DNA of 64,000 bases, taken from positions 17,490 to 81,489 of IMG/VR virus record IMGVR_UViG_3300034375_010007. One strand, given 5' to 3'. The notes below the pieces were generated by a model. The model had not been told where the DNA came from and searched no databases. It was given only the letters and a program-made list of their open reading frames with translations. The DNA is from a virus. The position numbers and the translations under genes were made by a program. How positions within the stretch are numbered: the first letter of the stretch is position 1; each line of letters opens with the position of its first letter. Below, in pieces: positions 1-9,169 of the stretch.

Positions 1-269
1 TTGTGACAGCTAACTCAATCACATAAATCTTTAGTTAGAAACATATAACTGCAAACGACGCAAATTACGGTTTAGCACTAGCTGCTTAATCCCCGGTTGT
101 TCTTCACCGGGTGTCCAAGAAGAACAAACAAAAACAAAACGCTTTTGCTTTTTTGAGCGTATCGAATCAAATTTGATACTTTGTTTATTTAGAGAAATAA
201 ACTAAACCTGTGAATGACTTGAAGTTGGATATACTTTGGACGCGCGTTCGAATCGCGCCACCTCCACCA
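1..269 (+). ncRNA. ssrA: tmRNA, 5' end outside the window; tag peptide (A)ANDANYGLALAA* encoded at 51-89
   Basis: Pseudoknot-1 pairings TGTGA(2-6)/TCACA(19-23) and CTAACT(10-15)/AGTTAG(33-38). Resume context ATAACT-GCA. Tag reads GCA AAC GAC GCA AAT TAC GGT TTA GCA CTA GCT GCT TAA. A second pseudoknot pairs CCCGGT/ACCGGG and TTGTTCTTC/GAAGAACAA. T-arm GCGCG-TTCGAAT-CGCGC, acceptor strand CACCTCC-A-CCA with U70. Confidence 0.95.
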
Positions 270-305
270 AATTATTAGGCGTTTCCACCAAAATATAAAT
301 TTTAT

Positions 306-334
306 TTGACATATACAAATATCTGTTGTATTAT
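306..334 (+). promoter_or_regulatory. sigma70-type promoter, probably giving a leaderless mRNA
   Basis: TTGACA(306-311), 17-nt spacer, TATTAT(329-334); ATG at 341 with no SD. Confidence 0.7.
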
Positions 335-340
335 GTCTCT

Positions 341-868
341 ATGAGAACTGAGACTAGAAGACAAAGATATGATAAGAAAATTAAAACTAATGTTACTAAA
401 ACTTACCCGATTAGCTTATGTGCTATTAATTTCCGGGTGGATGATAACCTCGCTCACCTTGTGCGCTCTGCTGCCTGTTTTGGCGCTGAAACTGTTTATG
501 TTATTGGTTCCGTACCTGAGCGGAGCACTATAAAGTCAGCATCAGGAAGTTTGATAGATTATGTTAATATTGTTCAATTCTCTACTCCCCAAGCGTTTTT
601 GGAGCATTGTAGGAAAGAGAAAATTAAAGTTGTGGCTGCAGAACTGGTGGAAGGAGCAAGACCACTTTCTTCTTACGATTTCAATTTTGATGGCCATACT
701 TGCTTGGTTGTTGGCAACGAATCAACTGGAGTTCCCACAGAGATAATCAGTTCTTCTGATGTGGTATACGTTGAAATGCCCGGTGTAGGCTATTGTCTAA
801 ACACCGCTCAAACAGCAAATATACTTCTTTACGAGGCTGTGAAACAATACGAAGGGAACCAGAGGTAA
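341..868 (+). CDS. SpoU/TrmH-family (SPOUT) RNA 2'-O-methyltransferase
   Basis: NLAHLVRSAACFG, LVVGNESTGVP and MPGVGYCLNTAQTANILLYE match SPOUT motifs 1-3. Confidence 0.9.
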   Translation: MRTETRRQRYDKKIKTNVTKTYPISLCAINFRVDDNLAHLVRSAACFGAETVYVIGSVPERSTIKSASGSLIDYVNIVQFSTPQAFLEHCRKEKIKVVAAELVEGARPLSSYDFNFDGHTCLVVGNESTGVPTEIISSSDVVYVEMPGVGYCLNTAQTANILLYEAVKQYEGNQR

Positions 869-880
869 TACCAAACTTAG

Positions 881-888
881 ACTACTTA
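881..888 (+). promoter_or_regulatory. putative late-promoter motif ACTACTTA
   Basis: Intergenic copy of the recurring ACTA(T/C/A)TTA motif, upstream of SD AGGAGG and GTG 911. Confidence 0.5.
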
Positions 889-910
889 TAACATAACAGG
901 AGGACACAGT

Positions 911-1111
911 GTGTCTGAGCAAAAGGAAATAAAGACACCGTCTTTTCTAAAAACGGTTTATCTCTCAAATCGAGAAATCCGTCTTATTCTGGCAGGTTTG
1001 TATTCTTTGAATATGTCGGAAGAAGAAATAGAAGGAACACTTTGGAAAAAGCTATTGTTTGAAAAACTTCATAAGAAAACCAGACGAAAAAAGAACAGTG
1101 GTAAAGAGTAA
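911..1111 (+). CDS. hypothetical protein
   Basis: GTG start with strong SD AGGAGG. Confidence 0.7.
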   Translation: MSEQKEIKTPSFLKTVYLSNREIRLILAGLYSLNMSEEEIEGTLWKKLLFEKLHKKTRRKKNSGKE

Positions 1112-1340
1112 AAAGTTATCAAGACATCAAAAAGATGTATTGTTGGTGAAAGCATCAGCACAGTTTGGCAACAGAGCCTTGTATTCAATAGAGCAAAAAA
1201 CACAAGGATTAGCTTTATACGCTTACGCTGATTCAAAGCAAGACGCCGAGATCCTAAGAAAAACCATTCCTCTTCGGTGGAATGGTTTATTTACTGTTGT
1301 TATTTATATTGATTTACCTGACGAAGAAGACGAGGATTAA
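1098..1340 (+). CDS. hypothetical protein
   Basis: Fills the gap between neighbouring genes; probable GTG start at 1098 overlapping the upstream stop. Confidence 0.6.
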   Translation: MVKSKKLSRHQKDVLLVKASAQFGNRALYSIEQKTQGLALYAYADSKQDAEILRKTIPLRWNGLFTVVIYIDLPDEEDED

Positions 1341-1342
1341 TA

Positions 1343-1954
1343 ATGTTAACCGCCATTGGGGATGTGATGAGAGAATGCTATCGACGTGGTTGGATTACAA
1401 CTCGCGACGGTAACTGCTCTGTCCGTAAAACAAAAGATAATAAGATCTTTATCACCCCATCAGGCGTTAGAAAAAACCTTATACACCCTGAATATATTGA
1501 GAGAATAAAGATTCTAGAGGGTGGAGAATTTTTAAAGATTGAAGAGGACGAGAACCCATCCGGTGAGTTAGAGATGCACTGGCAACTTCTAAGAAATGCT
1601 AGATCTACAAGATGCGTTCTTCACGTTCATCCAACAAATATTATTGCCGCTATGTATGCTGGCTGGGACTTAGAGAAACTATCCAAGCAGTTTCCAGAAG
1701 TCCACAGATACACAAGAGTAGGACCCAATGTTCCAGTCCTTCCGGCAGTATCCAGAGAACTAGCAGACGCAACATCAAAAAGCTTTGGATTGGTCGGAGG
1801 CAGAGTTGTTTATGACGTTGTCGGTCAAGGAAATCATGGCGCTTGTGCTGTCGCAGCAAATCCTTGGGATGCATTTGAACACATAGAAAGATTAGAACAT
1901 ATTTGTCAGATTGTCTTGACATCTGGCGTAAGACCCTGTAATATGTTTGTATGA
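1343..1954 (+). CDS. class II aldolase/adducin family protein (FucA/MtnB-like)
   Basis: GNCSVR, ITPSG, PSGELEMH, VLHVHP and GNHG Zn-binding motifs. Confidence 0.9.
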   Translation: MLTAIGDVMRECYRRGWITTRDGNCSVRKTKDNKIFITPSGVRKNLIHPEYIERIKILEGGEFLKIEEDENPSGELEMHWQLLRNARSTRCVLHVHPTNIIAAMYAGWDLEKLSKQFPEVHRYTRVGPNVPVLPAVSRELADATSKSFGLVGGRVVYDVVGQGNHGACAVAANPWDAFEHIERLEHICQIVLTSGVRPCNMFV

Positions 1955-2163
1955 TAGTTAAAAAAGGAACAACAGTTTATCCTTCCATAAAAGGAGAATA
2001 TAATTTTCATTATCCTCAGATCGAGGATCCATATGTTTTACTGATGGACATAGAAGTTGACAGGCTTCATTGGGCAGAAAGAGATAATAAAGTTGCTGTA
2101 AAAGTTTGTAGTCCTGAAAACTATCTACCTTATAGTGTACTATGGTTAGAGACGCCGGTATAG
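1951..2163 (+). CDS. hypothetical protein; stop codon lies inside tRNA-Thr
   Basis: ATGA overlap with the upstream gene; 70 aa. Confidence 0.55.
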   Translation: MIVKKGTTVYPSIKGEYNFHYPQIEDPYVLLMDIEVDRLHWAERDNKVAVKVCSPENYLPYSVLWLETPV

Positions 2164-2229
2164 CTCAGTTGGTAGAGCACCATTCTTGTAAAGTGGATGT
2201 CCACAGTTCGAATCTGTGTGCCGGCACCA
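2154..2229 (+). tRNA. tRNA-Thr(UGU)
   Basis: Cloverleaf GCCGGTA...TGCCGGC-A-CCA; anticodon loop CTTGTAA. Confidence 0.95.
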
Positions 2230-2248
2230 TAAAACTAAATATTTCCTT

Positions 2249-2324
2249 GGGGATGTAGCTCAGTTGGGAGAGCATCAGTTTTGCATACTGAGGGTCGTAG
2301 GTTCGATTCCTATCATCTCCACCA
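2249..2324 (+). tRNA. tRNA-Ala(UGC)
   Basis: GGGGATG...CATCTCC-A-CCA; G3:U70; loop TTTGCAT. Confidence 0.95.
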
Positions 2325-2329
2325 TTTTA

Positions 2330-2406
2330 GGGCGGCTAGCTCAGTTGGTTAGAGCAGTTGTTTTACACGCATCAGGTCGGGAGTTCGAATCTCTCGCCGC
2401 CCACCA
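2330..2406 (+). tRNA. tRNA-Val(UAC)
   Basis: GGGCGGC...GCCGCCC-A-CCA; loop TTTACAC. Confidence 0.93.
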
Positions 2407-2410
2407 TAAT

Positions 2411-2486
2411 CAGGGCGTAGGGCAGGGGATGTCCCGCTGGTTTTGGGAACCAGAACACGTTGGTTCGATTCCAACCGCCCTGACCA
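2411..2486 (+). tRNA. tRNA-Pro(UGG)
   Basis: CAGGGCG...CGCCCTG-A-CCA; loop TTTGGGA; C1-G72 and A73. Confidence 0.93.
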
Positions 2487-2491
2487 TTTTT

Positions 2492-2582
2492 AGAGAGGTG
2501 TCCGAGTGGCCGAAGGAGCAGCATTGGAAATGCTGTGTAGGTTCAAAGCCTACCGGGGGTTCGAATCCCCCCCTCTCTGCCA
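2492..2582 (+). tRNA. tRNA-Ser(GGA)
   Basis: AGAGAGG...CCTCTCT-G-CCA; loop TTGGAAA; long variable arm; G73. Confidence 0.95.
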
Positions 2583-2591
2583 CTTAATATT

Positions 2592-2927
2592 ATGAAACCA
2601 TACTTTTACAAAGCAAAAATAATCTCTGTTTATGATGGTGACACTGTAACAGCTGTTATAGATTTGGGATTTAACATTACAAATAAGATCAAGATTAGAC
2701 TTTACGGTATTAATGCTCCCGAAATAAGAGGTAAGCAAAGACCAGAAGGTCTAAAAAGTAGAGATTATTTAAGATCTTTAATCCTTGACAAAGATGTAAT
2801 CATACAAACATTAAAAGATAAGAAAGGCAAATACGGTCGTTATATTGGAATTATCCACTTAGAGGATAAAAATATTAACGAACTTCTTGTAGAGTCAGGA
2901 CATGCCGTAAAAAGGAGTATTAAATGA
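2592..2927 (+). CDS. thermonuclease (SNase-like) family nuclease
   Basis: VYDGDT, IRLYGINAPE, GKYGRY and INELLVESGHA. Confidence 0.9.
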   Translation: MKPYFYKAKIISVYDGDTVTAVIDLGFNITNKIKIRLYGINAPEIRGKQRPEGLKSRDYLRSLILDKDVIIQTLKDKKGKYGRYIGIIHLEDKNINELLVESGHAVKRSIK

Positions 2928-3163
2928 GTAACATGATGGCTGAACAGTTAGTACGAGCAGCGCTAGCTCGATTTGAGGCAGATAGACAAGAGGCTATCGC
3001 CGTTATTGAGTTGTATTTGAACAACCCCGCTGGTGTTGCAGAGCACCCCAGTGTTGTAAATGAAATTGCCACAGCAATTGGAAATCTAGCAGACGCCGAA
3101 GAGGCGATTGGCGCTATTGAGAGGAACTTTCTTTCACGTCCGGAAACAGATGAAGATGAGTGA
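2924..3163 (+). CDS. hypothetical phage protein
   Basis: SD AAGGAG, ATGA overlap; YLNNPAGVAEHP motif. Confidence 0.75.
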   Translation: MSNMMAEQLVRAALARFEADRQEAIAVIELYLNNPAGVAEHPSVVNEIATAIGNLADAEEAIGAIERNFLSRPETDEDE

Positions 3164-3674
3164 TGGTCCCAGACCAACTCCTTACACAACTGTTTGTGTA
3201 TCAGGAGGTTTTGATCCTGTTCATATTGGACATCTTCGCATGATTCAAGAAGCAGCAGAATACGGTCATGTTGTTGTTATTGTAAATTCTGATGATTGGT
3301 TGATGCGTAAGAAGGGTTATATTTTCATGCCCTTTGAAGAACGTTGCGAAATTCTTAGAGGCTTTGCAACAACAGGCGAAACGACTTTTGTAGATGATAC
3401 AGACGGAACAGTTTGCGAGGCTCTCCGAAGAATTGAGCCAGATTATTTTGCCAATGGCGGCGATCGCAAAACCAATAACACTCCCGAGATGGATGTGTGC
3501 GAAGAGCTAGGCATTGAAATGCTTTGGGGCGTAGGTGGAGGCAAGATTCAAAGTTCTTCCACATTGGTCTCTGATGCAGGAATGAACCCGGACCTCCCAA
3601 GCGACGATGAGTTACAGCCGTCTAAAGTTGAGATTGTTCAGTCGGGCGATGTGGCAAAAATAGGAAACTATTAA
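3156..3674 (+). CDS. cytidylyltransferase (TagD/RfaE-II-like, HIGH superfamily)
   Basis: SGGFDPVHIGH, VNSDDWLMRKKG, FANGGDR and KIQSSS; start could also be 3150. Confidence 0.9.
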   Translation: MSDGPRPTPYTTVCVSGGFDPVHIGHLRMIQEAAEYGHVVVIVNSDDWLMRKKGYIFMPFEERCEILRGFATTGETTFVDDTDGTVCEALRRIEPDYFANGGDRKTNNTPEMDVCEELGIEMLWGVGGGKIQSSSTLVSDAGMNPDLPSDDELQPSKVEIVQSGDVAKIGNY

Positions 3675-3682
3675 AAGAGGGC

Positions 3683-3690
3683 GCTATTTA
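3683..3690 (+). promoter_or_regulatory. putative late-promoter motif GCTATTTA
   Basis: Intergenic, 18 nt upstream of ATG 3709. Confidence 0.5.
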
Positions 3691-3708
3691 GTATAGAACG
3701 GGGTCTTA

Positions 3709-5028
3709 ATGAGCCGCAAGAAGATTTATGTGTTAGATACCAGCGTTTATCTAACAAATGCAGACGCAATATACGCTTTTAAAAACCACGATATTTATGT
3801 TCCTCTGAAAGTATTTGAGGAGATCGATAAACACAAGAAACGCCAAGATCTTGTTGGAGCACAGGCACGAAAGATTATTCGTATCTGGGATGAACTTCGC
3901 TCCAAAGGATGCCTTAAAAAGGGTGTTCGCATTCGTCAAGGTCTTGGTATCATCAAATCTGTATCTGCATCTGATATAGAACAGAACTATCTACCACACG
4001 ATCTGGATATCAAGATCCCAGATCATCTTATTATCGCCACAGCAAGAACCGTTGAGAGAGAATCAGCAAGAAAAGTTATTCTTGTTTCTCGCGACATCAA
4101 TATGCGCGTTATTGCTGACGCGATTGGATTGCCTTGCGAGGACTTCCAAAACCAACAGATTGTTGACGACAGCGACAGCATTTACACTGGCTTTACAGAG
4201 GTTCTTGTAGATGATGAGATTATTGATCAGTTTTATGAAAAGAAAGATGTTTATCTTGATGGTCTCAATCTCAAAACAAACGAATACGTAATGCTTATCT
4301 CCAACGCAAACGAAAAGAAAACAGCGTTGGGCAGATACATAAACGAGCACACTCCTATTCGTCAGCTTTACAAGGATAAAAAAGGCGTGTGGGGCATCAA
4401 ACCAAGAAACAAAGAACAATCTTTCTTGATTGACGCTCTTATGGACCCGAACATCGAGGTTGTTACGGCCATCGGCAAAGCAGGTAGTGGTAAGACGCTC
4501 TGTGCGATCGCTGCGGCGCTTGAACAGACCCTAGACGACAGATCATCCATCTACACCCGTCTAATCGTTTCTAGGCCCGTGCAGCCGCTTGGAAAGGACA
4601 TAGGTTTCTTGCCGGGAACAATGGAAGAGAAAATGTCTCCTTGGTTGATGCCTATTCAGGATAACCTTCAAACTCTTATGGGTAACGATAAGGTTACGCT
4701 CGATATGTATATGGAACAAGGCACTATTGAGATTGAAGCAATCACTTATATTCGTGGTCGCTCTATCGGAAAAGCCTTTATTATTATTGATGAAGCACAA
4801 AACTTGACAACTCACGAACTAAAGACTATCATTACAAGAGTTGGTGAAGGAACAAAGATTGTGCTAACAGGCGATGTAGAACAGATTGATAACGTCTACA
4901 TAGATGCTACAACAAATGGTCTCACTCACGCTGTTGAGAAGTTCAAAGACTTTGAGTTAGCCGCTCACGTAACCTTGTTAAAGGGTGAGCGTTCAAGAGT
5001 TGCTACCTTCGCTGCTGAAAATCTGTGA
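3709..5028 (+). CDS. phoH: PhoH-family ATPase with N-terminal PIN domain (PhoH2/YlaK-like)
   Basis: YVLDTSV (PIN), GKAGSGKT (Walker A), IGFLPG, YIRGRS, IIDEAQN and GDVEQID. Confidence 0.93.
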   Translation: MSRKKIYVLDTSVYLTNADAIYAFKNHDIYVPLKVFEEIDKHKKRQDLVGAQARKIIRIWDELRSKGCLKKGVRIRQGLGIIKSVSASDIEQNYLPHDLDIKIPDHLIIATARTVERESARKVILVSRDINMRVIADAIGLPCEDFQNQQIVDDSDSIYTGFTEVLVDDEIIDQFYEKKDVYLDGLNLKTNEYVMLISNANEKKTALGRYINEHTPIRQLYKDKKGVWGIKPRNKEQSFLIDALMDPNIEVVTAIGKAGSGKTLCAIAAALEQTLDDRSSIYTRLIVSRPVQPLGKDIGFLPGTMEEKMSPWLMPIQDNLQTLMGNDKVTLDMYMEQGTIEIEAITYIRGRSIGKAFIIIDEAQNLTTHELKTIITRVGEGTKIVLTGDVEQIDNVYIDATTNGLTHAVEKFKDFELAAHVTLLKGERSRVATFAAENL

Positions 5029-5035
5029 GGTTAAA

Positions 5036-5272
5036 ATGGAAAACGAGACTTTAAATGAGAGTGTGAGCACCGATACAGGACTCAAAGAGTTGGTTGTTAA
5101 TTATATTGGCGAGAGATTAGCTCGGTCCGAAGAGGTGACTGTCGATATGGCAGTTGAAGTTTTCGCAGCCGAATTCCCAGAGTTTCTATTGGCAGTAGCG
5201 GAAGAGAACTTTCTTCGTGGATACGAGCAAGCTCTAATTGATGTTGCAGCGACGGAAACAAAAAATGTTTAA
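5036..5272 (+). CDS. hypothetical protein
   Basis: SD GAGG, ATG at 5036. Confidence 0.7.
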   Translation: MENETLNESVSTDTGLKELVVNYIGERLARSEEVTVDMAVEVFAAEFPEFLLAVAEENFLRGYEQALIDVAATETKNV

Positions 5273-5894
5273 TAGAGAATATTATATTCATAGCATCCCA
5301 GTATTTGTGTTTGGGGAAACTGAACCATTGGTGGACATTCCTCTATTTTGCTATCAGGTAGAACAGATGTTGCCAAGAACCGCTTTAACAAATGTTGAAG
5401 TTTGTTATATTTCAGACAATCCTGAATTAGACGGGCGCAATGCAGCTTACAATGATGGTGCCATCTATATGAAGCTTGATGAGCCAACAAACGATGATAT
5501 GATCGAGAACTTTGTTCATGAAGTTGCTCATGCTGTGGAAACAACAGATCCTTATTCAATTTACGATGAGAGATTGCAAACAGAGTTCTTGGGCAAAAGA
5601 AGAAAGTTGTATCATCTTCTACAAGCGGAAGGGTACAACCAAGTGCCTTTGGTTCGATATGAGATGATGGAATACAACAAGATGTTTGATGACTTTCTAG
5701 CTAACGTAGTCGGCTATCCAACACTGCTATCTTTGACAATGGGTCTGTTTTGCTCTCCATACGGTGCTACTTCTATCCAAGAATATTTTGCAAATGGCTT
5801 CGAAAAGTTCTTTACAGAGAACCCTGGGTATGTTAAAAGTGTAAGTCCGGTCTTGTACCAGAAAGTTGTAGCAGCCCTGAATGACGACAAGTAA
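5265..5894 (+). CDS. putative zincin-like metallopeptidase
   Basis: HEVAH (HExxH) with downstream EYFANGF. Confidence 0.6.
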   Translation: MFNREYYIHSIPVFVFGETEPLVDIPLFCYQVEQMLPRTALTNVEVCYISDNPELDGRNAAYNDGAIYMKLDEPTNDDMIENFVHEVAHAVETTDPYSIYDERLQTEFLGKRRKLYHLLQAEGYNQVPLVRYEMMEYNKMFDDFLANVVGYPTLLSLTMGLFCSPYGATSIQEYFANGFEKFFTENPGYVKSVSPVLYQKVVAALNDDK

Positions 5895-6666
5895 GAAAAC
5901 ACACATATCATATTCCGAACTAAAAGATTGGGCTCACTGCCCGCATTACCACAAGAAGAACTGGATCGAGAAGGTTGCTTCATTTGAAGGCAATGAGTAT
6001 ACTGCGTTTGGAACTGCTATCCACGATGTCTGCGAGAAGAAGCTTCTGCGCGAGAATATCGATGAAGCGAAGGTATTCCAGATTGGATTCGACAAGGAAC
6101 TGGAAAAACTTGCGGAAAAAAATATTGAAGTAAATCAGAAGAATGTTGAGCAAATGCGAACAGCAGGACCAGAGGTCTTAGCTGAGGTTGAGGACGCTCT
6201 AGAGGATTACTTTGGAGATTATGAGGTATACTCTTCCGAGGAGCTTCTATACGAAGAAATTGAAAACTTTGGATATAACTTTAAAGGTTTTGTTGATGCC
6301 GTCGTTAAGGTAGGTAACAAGTATCACATCTTTGACTGGAAGACCTGTTCGTGGGGCTGGGATTCCCGCAAAAAGGCTGAAAAGATGGTTACTTACCAGC
6401 TAACCTTATACAAGCACTTTTTCTGTCAGAAGCATAATCTAGACCCCAAAGATGTGGAAACTCACTTTGCTTTGCTAAAAAGAACTGCCAAGAAGAATAG
6501 AGTAGAAATATTTAGAGTAACAAGCGGTCCTAGAAAAACTGAGAACGCTCTTAAACTTTTATATCAAGCAATATACAATATCCAAAAAGGTGTCGCATTT
6601 AAGAACCGACTTAAGTGCTTGAAGCCCTACCCCTGTTCATTGCGCAATACCGAACACTGTAGATAG
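5881..6666 (+). CDS. PD-(D/E)XK nuclease, Cas4/AddB-like
   Basis: ISYSEL..W..CP, FGTAIH, GFVD, DWKT and YQL..Y motifs; three C-terminal Cys give the 1+3 Fe-S pattern. Confidence 0.85.
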   Translation: MTTSKKTHISYSELKDWAHCPHYHKKNWIEKVASFEGNEYTAFGTAIHDVCEKKLLRENIDEAKVFQIGFDKELEKLAEKNIEVNQKNVEQMRTAGPEVLAEVEDALEDYFGDYEVYSSEELLYEEIENFGYNFKGFVDAVVKVGNKYHIFDWKTCSWGWDSRKKAEKMVTYQLTLYKHFFCQKHNLDPKDVETHFALLKRTAKKNRVEIFRVTSGPRKTENALKLLYQAIYNIQKGVAFKNRLKCLKPYPCSLRNTEHCR

Positions 6667-6674
6667 GAAACTAA

Positions 6675-7925
6675 ATGTCAGACAAGATAAAGATCTTTAC
6701 CATCAGCGATCACCCGCTGTCTCCGAGTGGTGTCGGAACACAAACAAAGTACATTATTGAAGGAATGTTAAAGACTGGTAAGTACCAGTTTGTTTCTTTT
6801 GGCGGTGCGATTAAGCACCCAAACCACGATCCGCAGAGAACCGAAGAGTGGGGCGAGGATTGGATTATTTGGCCTGTTGATGGTTATGGCAATCAAGATA
6901 TGGTCCGAGCAATGATCCGTCAGCAAAAGCCGGATATTCTTTGGTTTATGACAGATCCACGTTTTTATGAGTGGCTTTGGTCAATTGAAAATGAAATTCG
7001 AGCGCATGTTCCAATGGTTTATTATCATGTTTGGGACAATTATCCATATCCAAGTTTCAATCGTAAGTTTTACCTATCAAACGATCACGTTGCTTGTATT
7101 TCAAAGCTAACACATGACATTGTACAGACAGTGGCACCAGAGGTAGAGTCCTCCTATGTTCCCCATGCGGTAAATCCAGATATCTTCAAGCCTCATACTG
7201 CTCAAAAGATAAAGAGTTGGAGAATGTCCAAGAACTTAGATGATAAATTCGTCTGTTTCTGGAACAGTCGCAATGCTAGACGCAAGCAATCGGGCACATT
7301 AATTTGGTGGTTTAAAGAGTTCTTGGACAAGGTCGGTCATGATAACGCATGCCTTATCATGCACACAGACGTAAAGGACCAACATGGACAGGATTTGGAA
7401 GCAATTATCCATGAATTAGGGCTTACCAATGGAGAAGTTCTTTTCTCAAGAGAGAAGGTCAATGCAGCAGACCTAGCTGGCATGTATAACATGGCTGATC
7501 TTACAATTTGTATCTCGGATGCAGAAGGTTTTGGACTTTCTACCTTAGAGTCTCTATCTTGCGGCACACCAATTTTGGTAAACATGACCGGAGGTCTTCA
7601 AGATCAAGTAACGGACGGAGAGAAGTTCTTTGGTATCGGATTACAACCGGCATCAAAAGCAATTATTGGATCACAGCAGGTTCCATACATTTACGAAGAT
7701 CGTCTAAATAAGGATGATTTTATTAATGCTTTGGTTGAACTTTATGAGATGACACCAGAAGCTAGAAGAGAATTAGGAATGGCTGGTCGTGCTTGGTCCG
7801 AAGATCGCTTTGGATTTGATAAGTTCATCCAAACATGGGATGATTTATTTACGTCAATTTACGAAGAAAAAGGCTCTTGGGAAGACCGCAAGGGTTACAA
7901 CTCATACGAAGTAAAGGTATACTAA
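6675..7925 (+). CDS. glycosyltransferase, GT-B/GT4
   Basis: SGVGTQ, RNARRK and EGFGLSTLESLSCGTP. Confidence 0.9.
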   Translation: MSDKIKIFTISDHPLSPSGVGTQTKYIIEGMLKTGKYQFVSFGGAIKHPNHDPQRTEEWGEDWIIWPVDGYGNQDMVRAMIRQQKPDILWFMTDPRFYEWLWSIENEIRAHVPMVYYHVWDNYPYPSFNRKFYLSNDHVACISKLTHDIVQTVAPEVESSYVPHAVNPDIFKPHTAQKIKSWRMSKNLDDKFVCFWNSRNARRKQSGTLIWWFKEFLDKVGHDNACLIMHTDVKDQHGQDLEAIIHELGLTNGEVLFSREKVNAADLAGMYNMADLTICISDAEGFGLSTLESLSCGTPILVNMTGGLQDQVTDGEKFFGIGLQPASKAIIGSQQVPYIYEDRLNKDDFINALVELYEMTPEARRELGMAGRAWSEDRFGFDKFIQTWDDLFTSIYEEKGSWEDRKGYNSYEVKVY

Positions 7926-9169
7926 TGTTAAAGAAGGTTTTAATCAAAGGTCCAGTGCTATCGCGCTCAGGATATGGCGAGCAAGCTCGGTTTGCTCTCA
8001 GGGCGCTGCAGTCGCGACCGGATCTGTTCGACATTTATATTGTTAATATCCCATGGGGACGGACAGGACAAATCTCAGAGGTAGATGAAGAAGCAAATCT
8101 GATTCATGAGATTCTCATGAAGACCCAGGCATATGTGCAACAAAAAGGACAATTCGATGTTTCCTTGCAGGTTACGATTCCAAATGAATTTGAGAAGATT
8201 GCTCCTATTAACATTGGTTACACTGCAGGTATTGAAACAACAAAGGTATCTCCACAATGGATTGCGAAATCTAATGAAACGGTAGACAAGATAATTGTTG
8301 TTTCCAATCATTCTAAGAAGGTATTTGAGCAGACTAAGTACGACGTTAAAGACCAAGCTGGCTATGAACATAAGGGTTGGGGACTTCAAGTGCCTGTAGA
8401 AGCCGTTAACTACCCTGTCAGGATGTTTGAGCCGGAAGAACTAAATATTGAATTTAGGACCAACAAGAACTTTCTCACCGTTGCTCAATGGGGACCGAGA
8501 AAGAATCTAGAAAATACGATTAAGTGGTTTGTGGAGGCTTTTGCCGATGATGAAGATGTCGGACTGGTAGTAAAGACTAGTACCGCATCCGATTCTGTAA
8601 TGGACAGAGAGGTTACACAGAAGCGCCTAGAAGCTCTTCTAAACGCTTGTGGTCCTCGTAAGTGCTCTGTGTACCTAATTCACGGTGAAGTATCTCCTGG
8701 GAACCTAGCGTGGCTCTATGGGCACCCCACTATGAAGGCAATGATTAACATTGGTCACGGAGAAGGTTACGGACTTCCTTTATTTGAGGCTGCTTATCAC
8801 GGATTGCCGCTTATTACAACAGCTTGGTCTGGACAAATGGATTTTATTTGTAAGCCAAATAAGAAAGGCAAGCAGGTTCCAAGAGTCATTAAGGTTGATT
8901 ATGATATTAAGGAAGTGCAGAAGCATGCTGTATGGAATGGAGTAATTCAAGCAGACTCTAAATGGGCATATGCCAAGGAAAAGTATTATAAGAGCGCTTT
9001 AAAGGATTCTCTAGAGAAGGAAGGGCACTATCGTAAAGAAGCGTTGGCTCTACAAAAGTACATCATTGATAAATTTACGGATGAAAATATGTATGCTGCT
9101 TTTGTCGACAGCATGTGCACAGGACAAGAGGAAGACAACACCCTCGATGAGGGTGTCTTTATATTATGA
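7925..9169 (+). CDS. glycosyltransferase, GT-B/GT4
   Basis: SGYGEQAR, QWGPRKN and GEGYGLPLFEAA. Confidence 0.9.
   Translation: MLKKVLIKGPVLSRSGYGEQARFALRALQSRPDLFDIYIVNIPWGRTGQISEVDEEANLIHEILMKTQAYVQQKGQFDVSLQVTIPNEFEKIAPINIGYTAGIETTKVSPQWIAKSNETVDKIIVVSNHSKKVFEQTKYDVKDQAGYEHKGWGLQVPVEAVNYPVRMFEPEELNIEFRTNKNFLTVAQWGPRKNLENTIKWFVEAFADDEDVGLVVKTSTASDSVMDREVTQKRLEALLNACGPRKCSVYLIHGEVSPGNLAWLYGHPTMKAMINIGHGEGYGLPLFEAAYHGLPLITTAWSGQMDFICKPNKKGKQVPRVIKVDYDIKEVQKHAVWNGVIQADSKWAYAKEKYYKSALKDSLEKEGHYRKEALALQKYIIDKFTDENMYAAFVDSMCTGQEEDNTLDEGVFIL

Noticed and set aside
263-292. TCCACCAAA repeated after the tmRNA 3' end (263-271 and 284-292), a possible att-like scar
   Set aside because: Only 9 nt and no integrase in the window; could be chance
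2216-2587. 123-aa ORF in the track
   Set aside because: Lies entirely over the tRNA cluster; spurious
5881-6666. Cas4-like gene as evidence of a CRISPR-Cas system
   Set aside because: No array or other cas genes are visible in the window
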